Below are positions 55,496 through 64,000 of a DNA stretch of 64,000 bases, one piece after another. The position numbers were made by a program, and so were the translations under genes. Source of the stretch: Lama guanicoe (Eukaryota); contig MU054323.1 of the NCBI GenBank assembly GCA_013239625.1, positions 19,923,082 to 19,987,081 on the forward strand, read 5' to 3'. Position 1 is the first letter of the stretch. The number at the start of each line of letters is the position of its first letter. The notes under the pieces are model-generated. The model had not been told where the DNA came from, did no database searches, and worked only from the letters and a program-made list of their open reading frames with translations.

Positions 55496-56432
55496 ATTGT
55501 GAGTATTTTACCACAATAAAAAGAAAAAGTTGTCAGTATAACAAGAAGTCACCTGTTTGGTAGAGTACTACTAGATCTGATGACCAGTGACATTAGCATA
55601 ATGTGGGGGTTATTGTACTATATTATATGTGAAAAATTTTCTAGGAAGTTTGAAAAATAAATATAGTAGGTCTCTTCCTTCCTCTCTTCTGATTCGTTCT
55701 GTCTGAGGCAGGGTCTAGTAATCTCTGTATTAAGGAAACACTTTATAGCACAAGTGGCCCCAAGAGCTATTGCTGTCAAAACATGTAGTGTTCTACCATC
55801 ATGTTTGTAACATTCTAGGGTGCCAGCTATTTAGGCTTTATGTATAAAAGTTTTTGCTTTCTGTGCTTTTATGAAGAGAACAAAGAAACATGAGATTGGC
55901 CAAATATAAAAGTTAGATTTTCTTGTGTGTATGTGAGAAGACTTGAGTCCAAAAATTAAAAACTATTCTCTATTCCCAAATTTTTAAATAAACTTGCCCC
56001 TTAGTAGATATGGCTGTTTGATCTTGTGATCTGAGTCTTCCTGACCATACCAGCATACTATCACACATTTATTTCAGTCCTCCTACTGTATACATTAAGA
56101 TAACAGAGGTTACTGTATATACTTATGCTTTATTTATAGGGAACAACATTCTAAGATTCAGCTTTTATGATTTCTAGAATTTTTAATTTCAACAGAACCT
56201 GAGCTATTTCTGAAAATTGATATGTGAGGATTTGTGGTTTTCTTGAAGCACAACTTTGAAACATGTATTTTAAAGCTACTGTATATGAAGAGCAAACCAT
56301 TTAGCTAGAGAATGAGTCTAGCTGCAATTTAGCAACTTAGCATGGCTTTTCTATAGGTCTATTTTGATGAGATTAAATCTTCAGACAATAATATTGTATG
56401 CTGCATACAGGGGGAACAATCTGCTTACTAGT

Positions 56433-56561
56433 GTTTTTTGTGGGAGGGGAAGGTTATTAGGTTTATTCATTTATTTGTGTTTAGACAGAGTACTAGGGAT
56501 TTAACCCAGGACCTCATGCATGCTAAGCATGTGCTCTACCACTTGAGCTATACCCTCCCCC
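56433..56561 (-). mobile_element. Camelid tRNA-derived SINE with perfect TSD
   Basis: Reverse complement GGGGAGGGTATAGCTCAAGTGGTAGAGCACATGCTTAGCATGCATGAGGTCCTGGG. 12-bp TSD CTGCTTACTAGT at 56421-56432 and 56562-56573. Confidence 0.92.
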
Positions 56562-56664
56562 CTGCTTACTAGTTTTAAACACAAATAGACTTAAATTTTT
56601 AAGCTCCAATCTTTGAGAAATATTTGAAATATAATGTAAAAAGTTTTTTCTTAACCATCTCTAG

Positions 56665-56794
56665 GCCAGCCAGGCCTTCGAGAAGCTATTTCCATGTCCT
56701 GTATAACGAATGGGAGTGGTGCAAGCAGAAAACCAAGTCACACCAGCTCTGTCTCAATTGCAAGAAAAGAAACTCTTTCATCTGCTGCTAAAAG
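56665..56794 (+). CDS. EML4: EML4 exon 3 (130 nt, phase 1-2), basic region
   Basis: Acceptor ctctag|GCCAG, donor AAAG|gtacca. Translates (G)QPGLREAISMSCITNGSGASRKPSHTSSVSIARKETLSSAAK(S), in frame with exon 2. Partly captured by ORF 56694..56876. Confidence 0.97.
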
Positions 56795-59591
56795 GTACCA
56801 TTTATTAAAAAAGCTAACATTGCAGAATTTTTTTAATGTGATAATTCAGTCTACTTTTGAAAAGAATATGAAATAGAGCTGTATGGAATTCAAGTGAGCA
56901 TGTCCTTTGAATTCTTTGCCTCTGTAGAGATATCCAGCCTGTACTTGCCAAGTTTATATTCATCACACCTGCGGAGTTGTGTGAGGAAGCTTTTGGTTCT
57001 TACTAAAGAAAGCAGGCAGTTTTATTTCCTGGTTTTGTTTTGTTTCTTTTTAATTATTTCTTTTTAATCATTTGTTGATGATATAAGCATCACTATATTT
57101 AATGGAATTACATAAGTGAATTTTCCATAGTAAGTGATACATTTGATAACAACATTTTTAAAGGAGAAATAGAATCCTTGATATAAATCTATATTAGTGG
57201 GGGATTAAACACTATTATAACGTTTATTCTTTAACCATGACTATAAAATTGAGGCTTAATTTAAAATATTACAGTACTGTGCTATGTTGTGTATCTGTAA
57301 GAGGATGGTGGGCAGGAGGGCAGTGGAAATACTGTAATATAAAACTTTCAGTGGATTACACATTTAAATTCTATATGTTCTTTTCATCAATTAATTAATT
57401 TAATCTATTTCAGTAAAATCGCATACAAGATTTTTCTGCCGTCGTGTAATTCCTAGCAAACTGTTCCATATAGGGTTTGGAGAAACCATAAGAGATCAAC
57501 TACGTAATCTTACAACTGTTTTCTTCAAAGAACAAAGAAGACTTTAAGTACTAGAATAATATTTAAAATGTGCTGATAGAAAGTGGTTGCCTCAATAAAC
57601 CAATGCCCGTGACTAAATTATTCATCAGTGTGTGTTTACAGATATTAACCAGACATTTGACTACAGGAATGGTGAAGAAATAACATGATCTTTAGGCCTT
57701 TTAAAAGTCCCTTCTAGAATTCAGTCATTAAAGTCATTGGCATTACAGAATCTAGACTGTCTCCTCCGAAGTATGCCAAAATGTGTTACCTGTGCTCCAA
57801 TTTCAGGAGAAAAAGACAAATTATGAGAAGACAAATGTGTAGTGGAAATTTTTAATACAGTTTTTAATAAACTTCCTTGTTGTGTCCAGTAGTAATTTGC
57901 ATTCAGCCCATTTTCTTATGTAGCTATAGTTATGTGCAGTGATCAGTATTATGTCCAGTAGTGATTAAGCAATCTAAAACCAGATGAGTTTGTTACTTTA
58001 TGATACAGGGGCTTTGTAATTTTCTTTTGAATATCCCAAAAGAAAGATCTCTTTTAGATTCTTCTAGGCCCACTTAAGAATAGAGGCCTAATGATATGCA
58101 TTTAGGATAGTTTGCAGCCTGACAAGAAAGAAAGAATTCCTAATTCAGTTTTAAATTTCAGTTAATCTGCTATTTTTGAGGTAGAATTGTATTTCTCAGC
58201 AGATAAAAAAATTGAACGTGAACAAGACAGTAAAGACCAGTCTGAAGTCAGATGGTATCAGAAATGAATCAGATTAAGAAATGTCACTGTCAAAATTATA
58301 TTTTAACATTATTAACTATTGTAAATGATTAGATTAAATTGTATGTACTATGTATGTTTGTTTAAAATGTTCTTAAACATACCTTCTTTGTAGATTATGT
58401 ACCTTAGAGGCAAATTACAAAATGTCCTTTGATTAAGAAGTTCAGGTAATTGATAGGTTTATACCTTTTTAGTTCTGGAATTATCGATTCCATCTGCTTT
58501 GTGCTACTGTCAAAAGTATACAGTGTAAGGACTCTTACCCAGTGTGATCAGGAATGGCACATGCTTCATTAATCAGGAGCCAAAGTATGGAGTCATAAAT
58601 TTGTATATAAATATCTTAAATATTTTAACTTAAAATATACTCACATATATTCATTTGTGAATTTTTTAATGAAAGGCTGAGCCTCCCCCCCCCCTTTATT
58701 TCTAAACATGCATCTCTGATTAGCTTCCTTGTTGACTGTTTTGCATAAAATACACCCATAAATCTTTTTTTTGGTAATTTTTAGTTTCATTTTTTAAAAC
58801 AGAGTAAGAAAATTAAAACTCTTGCAAAGCAATATGAATTAGAGCCCATCTCTTTTTCTATGATTTTTTCCTCAGTGTTTTATAACTGTTTCACCTACAC
58901 AAAGTTTGACAGCAGTTTTTTAACTTAACAGCAGTTTTTTTTAGTAACTCGTTTTCATGGAGTCTTTCTAGAGCATTTAACTTAGTTTACATGGAAATTA
59001 CAGTTCTCTTTCCTATGTATATCTTACTAGTTTTCTTTGTATTTTATTAATTTACATAATTAAAATAACAAGTACAACTAACAAACAGTCTGGGGTGGGG
59101 GAAACACAGTTGACTCTTGGTAAGTTTAAAACTAAACTGATGGGAACAGAAGTACACTGAAGAAACAGAAATTGGAGAATAACCTACGAAGCATGAGCAT
59201 TTAGTGTGCCTTGGGCGTCAGTGTGCTTTACGGAGGTGATGGAAAGTGTCACTCATGCTCTGATTTGGAAACACTGAAGTCAGTTAAGAAAGCTTCTATT
59301 GTCTCCCAAAATCTGCCAAGATGACAAAATGCATTAGAGGTCATTTTGCTCTAAAGGGGCGATCTTCATAGGATATATTGCCTTAGAAATATAGTAAATT
59401 TACTGAAGATTTTAATAGCTTCCAGAATTTTTAAAGAAAATTTTCATTATTGAATGAAAGCATTATAAATTGTGTTAGCTGTATGGCTTAGGATTTTGAT
59501 TTATAGTAACTTTTCCCATCGTTTGATATATATATATACTTTTTTTATTTGTTTAAATATGTGTTGTTCCATGTTATACTTTATTTTACAG

Positions 59592-59765
59592 TGGTACAGA
59601 AAAAAAGAAAGAAAAACCACAAGGACAGAGAGAAAAAAAAGAGGAATCTCACTCTAATGATCAAAGTCCACAAATTCGAGCATCACCTTCTCCCCAGCCC
59701 TCTTCACAGCCTCTCCAAATACACAGACAAACTCAAGAAAGCAAGAATTCTACTCCCACCAAAAG
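59592..59765 (+). CDS. EML4: EML4 exon 4 (174 nt, phase 2-2), basic Ser/Pro-rich region
   Basis: Acceptor ttttacag|TGGT, donor AAAG|gttttt. Translates (S)GTEKKKEKPQGQREKKEESHSNDQSPQIRASPSPQPSSQPLQIHRQTQESKNSTPTK(S), in frame. Confidence 0.97.
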
Positions 59766-61627
59766 GTTTTAACTGACCCCGAGTACAGAGCTAGGGAATG
59801 GTTGTAATGATACCTGAATTCTGTGACTTGAGAAAAAGTTAACTATCCATGGATTTCAAGAGAAAAAGCTTGGTGGTTCCCCTCCCCTTTCTATGTTGCT
59901 GTAATTTGTATTTTACCAAATTGGAGAAGGAAAATTTGTCAAAATTTCTCAGTTAAAAATGGATAGAAAAATAAAGTTATAAGCAGTCTGATGAAAGGAA
60001 GGCAAAAGTAACCTATTCAAAATAATATTTTATAGTAATAGTGTATTTTAACATGTGCATATAACTATGCATAAATTTATAGCCGTGGATAGAAAACTGC
60101 CATATGTAATTATCCTCACCATATTTTGGCATCATTACAACCTTCAGTTTTGCAAGGGCCCTTCTCAACACATGGCTCTTCATTGTGACTGCATCTCAGT
60201 TTCAGTTTTGGGCTTTGGGAGGATAAGTTCTTGCTTGAGTAGAGAATTGAATCCACTTCACCTAATCTTTTCTATGCTACAGGCTTGCTTGAGGGCTTCT
60301 CTCTGTGTCTATAATAATTAATATTTTAAAGTTATGAGAGGGGGAGAAGGGAGAAACATTCTAACAATGTGTGTGAGCCTAAATTGGGGATCTAAACCTG
60401 CATGCTGGGAGTTCAACACCACAGCTGCGTTGTAATCAAATATTTAGACCAACTTAATGAAATTTGCCTGCATTACAGATGTTGACTCAAGCTTTATGGT
60501 TAGGTATAGGTATATTTTATCATCACACTTCTGCTTTGAAATCTTAGGAAAATACTAAACCATTCCCAGAACTGGCTAGAATTTTAATAAAAATAAGTGA
60601 CAATCGTCCCTAAAAGAGTTATAATGTATTTTTATTTGATTCATTTAGTATTTTGCCTCAAATCTCTAATGGAAATTTGGAAAAACAAAGCACCCTTCAC
60701 TTGATAGATGCATGTTTAACATTTTTAAAATGCTTTGTGTGTCTCATGCAGATTCTTATGCTATCTAAATGGTTTGTAATTCTTCTGCCTGGTCTCATGT
60801 GGAGGTTTTCTTGAATACAGCTTATTAATATTATGTAACTTTGGATTGTGTGTGGTTAAAGGTGGCTTTTTTAATAATCAGTCTCTTTAAGGTTCTGAGT
60901 TGCCTTGGCATCTTTGTCCGGATCTTTTTTTCAGCTTCTTAAGGTCTCCTGGAAATGTGCTTGCCATTCTAAATTGCTCTTTGGATGTACTATTACAAGA
61001 AATATTGAAGACTGGATGAGTTGTAGGATAGTTAGCAGTGCAGCCAAAAAAATTGCTTATTAAAAAATTTTAAGTTACAAATATATGGAATCAGTATTGA
61101 TAATAGAGCTTTCTTTTGTTAAATCCTGTTTATTTCTAATCGTGTGTAAAATTGCTTCTAAATGATAGAAGCAAGATTCTTACTTTTAGTCCTACCATTT
61201 ATTTAGAAATTGCCATTTGAACCACATATAATTTAATTACATGAGGACATAAAAAATGAAAATAGTCTTGTAATGACTTTGAAAGAGTACAGTTTTTTCC
61301 CAAATTCACACAAACTTTACAAATTATGAGAGCTATTAATTACTCATATTTAAGCAAATCTGGGTTTTTTTTTTAATCAGGTACAAAATATTTTTTCTAG
61401 TGAATCTTCTGAATAATAGTGAAAATTTTAAAACAGACTTGGTAATTGCCTTGTTTAACTCCTTCACTCATCCAGGGACAGAACCTCTCAACTAATCCTT
61501 TCTTCTCTTTTCTGGATTAGCTGTAAGAAAATGTTAATTACTGCTTTTATGTTCTATTTAAACTGTCAATTACATGTCATTGCTACTCATAGAATTTTTC
61601 TCTAAGAAATTAATATATTTCTTTCAG

Positions 61628-61756
61628 CATTAAACGACCACCAACAGCTGAAAAGTCACATAATTCATGGGAAAATTCAGATGATAGCCGTAATAAATTA
61701 TTGAGGGCAGTTTCAACATCAAAATTAATATCAAAAGTTATAAAAAATACAGACAA
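61628..61756 (+). CDS. EML4: EML4 exon 5 (129 nt, phase 2-2)
   Basis: Acceptor tttctttcag|CATT, donor CAA|gtaagt. Translates (S)IKRPPTAEKSHNSWENSDDSRNKLLRAVSTSKLISKVIKNTD(K). Confidence 0.97.
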
Positions 61757-61875
61757 GTAAGTATTATACTTCTCAATTTCATATAAAAGTTATTAATTCT
61801 GTGATGTCATGTTTGCATGTAGAATTATATACCTGGTTTGATCATTTTAAAAAAATCTATATTATGATTTATATC

Positions 61876-61939
61876 TTTTTCCTTTTTTCTTTTTTTTGGG
61901 GGGGTCGGTAATCAGATTGATTTATTTAGTGGAGGTTCT
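61876..61939 (-). mobile_element. 5'-truncated camelid SINE tail in EML4 intron 5
   Basis: Poly-T + gggggg..ggtaatcagattgatttatttagtggaggt is the antisense of the SINE 3' tail seen at 105-170. Confidence 0.65.
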
Positions 61940-62004
61940 TCTGGTAATTATAATGGTCAGCCAAATAAAATTATAAAATAAATATCTTTGAATTCCTTTT
62001 GTAG

Positions 62005-62030
62005 GCATAAAGATGTCATCATCAACCAAG
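62005..62030 (+). CDS. EML4: EML4 exon 6 (6a), 26-nt microexon, phase 2-1
   Basis: Acceptor ccttttgtag|GCAT, donor CAAG|gtaaat. Translates (K)HKDVIINQ, in frame with exon 5. Confidence 0.95.
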
Positions 62031-62214
62031 GTAAATTAAAAATCCTTTTTAAAAACTACTTACTGCTTTTCCACATCAGTTAAATTTTTGCTATTGATAA
62101 GAATATTGACTTATTTTCATTCAGTATACTTTATTTATTAGCTCACTTTATTTATAGTCATTAAAGAAAATACCCAGTTTTTATTGTAAGACATGTCATT
62201 TTTATCTCAACCAG

Positions 62215-62247
62215 CAAAAATGTCAACCCGTGAAAAAAACAGCCAAG
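62215..62247 (+). CDS. EML4: EML4 alternative exon 6b, 33 nt, phase 1-1
   Basis: Acceptor tctcaaccag|CAAAA, strong donor CAAG|gtaaga. Translates (A)KMSTREKNSQ, matching the 11-aa insert that distinguishes human EML4-ALK variant 3b from 3a. Confidence 0.92.
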
Positions 62248-62823
62248 GTAAGAATAAGCTACGCAGTTGGTCGCCTTCTAAGTTAATTTCTTCCTGGATC
62301 TCTTATTTGGCTTTTCATTATTTATATACCTGGCTTTCCTCTTACTAAAAGAAATACAGTAATTTGAACTAGTGAATCTAACCACTTTTCTAAAAATTCA
62401 TCTTATTTCCATGATCTCTAAAGAGTCAAGGTTAACAGTAGAAATAATTATATCATTACAAAGAGATAAAATACTAAGGGGAATTCCCCCCCCCTTTTTT
62501 TTATGAAAATAGAAGTTGTACTTAGAAAAGCCATTTAAAAGATTGGTAAATTTTAACTCAGTTTCCTGTCTTGCCAACTTCATTGCAAATAATCACTCAT
62601 TTCTTGAAGCTAAGACTTAAAAAATATGAGTCTAGCAAACCCATTTCCTCTTAAATTTTTCTTTTATATTAATTGTAATTTCTGGCTACTTGCTGTTGTT
62701 GGCTTGTTCTGACCCAAAAAAGATCAGACTTTCTGTAAATGTGTATTTCACTTAATTGCAAAGTAGGTAAGATTTATACATCAGTTTTACATTCTCCTTC
62801 GATTGCCTGCAAGTTTAATTGAA

Positions 62824-62863
62824 GCATGCTCTTCTAAATGAAAGCATGTCTTTTCTGTGCATG
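62824..62863 (+). promoter_or_regulatory. Putative RBFOX intronic splicing element cluster
   Basis: GCATG 62824-62828, GCATG 62844-62848 and TGCATG 62858-62863 within 40 nt, downstream of alternative exon 6b. Confidence 0.5.
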
Positions 62864-63219
62864 CTTTTTACAGCTCATTTCTATATGTCCTAGTTATCTT
62901 TATTTTCTGGGCTATTTATTATATTAACCATATACAGTGTAGTTAAAATTTTTGTTAGAGATTCAATTTGATTTCTGTAGTTTTTGATTCTAATAAGAAA
63001 AATATTTGCAATCTTCTTTGGATCATTTGTTTTTTCATAGAAATTCTAAATAAAGTTGGTTTTTGCTGCTGTTCTCCTTTAGTTAGGTCTTACTTTGTCC
63101 CTCCTTTATAATTAAGTATAGATTAAGTAATGGTTGAAATACCTTAAGAAAAAAATGAAATTTTATTTACAAAGACAATTCTTATTATATGTATTAAAGC
63201 TATTTTTTTTTTAAATAGA

Positions 63220-63455
63220 GGTAGTGATATGGAGTGGAAAGAGCAGTGAGTATGGAGTCTCTATGTTTAGTGTTTGGCTCTTTTGTAGAACACGCTGTGA
63301 CCCAGGCAAAATGGCAGTGTCTCTGGGCAGTTTTCGAATTTGAGAAGAATAACTATAAAGTTTACTTCACAAGACTGCTGAAGGATAAAATAACCTGCAT
63401 GAAAGAACTTTAAAAACAGAAAACACTGTAACTATAGAAAGGTGCTGCTGTTATT
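63220..63455 (+). mobile_element. MIR SINE (degenerate)
   Basis: gagtggaaagagcag...gctgtgacccaggcaa...tacttcacaagactgctgaaggataaaata. Confidence 0.6.
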
Positions 63456-64000
63456 ACATGTTTTGCTAGACAGCTCAAATTTTATAAAATCCTTATAGAG
63501 TGAATGAGAAAAGGCTACCTCCCTCTTTGTCATGCTGTGATATGTTCTTTGGAAGGAAAAGGGAACTTGTGATTAGTATATAATAAGTGAGTGATTTGTG
63601 TTGGTGACAGTTTTCAAAACCACTGAAGTAAGCAGGTAAGTAAATATTTAAAAGGGAAGGGTTTTGCTAGAGAAGTCACTAAAGCGGGGAAGAAGGATGG
63701 AATGAAAAACTGGAAAAGGATATAGAAAAAATAAGTTAAATTCTGTTACAAGAATTTTTAACTGAAAAAGTTTGTCCCAGATGTTGGAATTTAGCAGTGT
63801 CAAATGTTGCTTGCATTAAGCTTTAATTTTGGAATATGAGTCTGTTCCTTTGCCATTTTAATCAGCTATGTATATCGTTAGACTGTACCTTGAAGGAGAT
63901 CTCTTGTGCCTTGTCCTGTTATGTAATTCAGGCCTGACTGAAATTGGAGCAGAGCCTATGGAAAGAAGTAGATGGATTCTAGATGGTTTAGGAGATTACA

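Noticed and set aside
59472..59776. Two + strand ORFs overlapping exon 4
   Set aside because: Both are out of frame with the EML4 reading frame.
62864..62930. Acceptor-like tttttacag right after the GCATG cluster
   Set aside because: No convincing donor or recognisable EML4 peptide follows.

Overview
Mammalian genomic DNA, AT-rich and CpG-poor, most likely from a camelid. The evidence is tRNA-derived SINEs of the GGGGAGGGTATAGCTCA(A)GTGGTAGAG...CCCCAGTACCTCC type, which I recognise as the camel/alpaca family. The whole window lies inside EML4 (echinoderm microtubule-associated protein-like 4) on the + strand. It covers about 45 kb of intron 1 (canonical exon 1 is upstream of the window), exons 2-5, the 26-nt exon 6a and the 33-nt alternative exon 6b. 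All exons have GT-AG boundaries and splice into one open frame. Introns contain L1, L2, MIR, LTR and DNA-transposon remnants, several with target-site duplications (TSDs); repeat subfamily names are from recall and most repeat boundaries are approximate. The most interesting observation is a candidate alternative first coding exon at 36814-36880 (MEDSLPGLASVCGSSTLTNFCA). It has a strong Kozak ATG, a phase-1 donor in frame with exon 2, an upstream TATA/MEF2-like element, and a gapless resemblance to the recalled N-terminus of the paralog EML1. Second is a tight (U)GCAUG RBFOX-type cluster downstream of exon 6b. Apart from an exon 3 read-through ORF, the supplied ORF track is chance ORFs or L1 decay.
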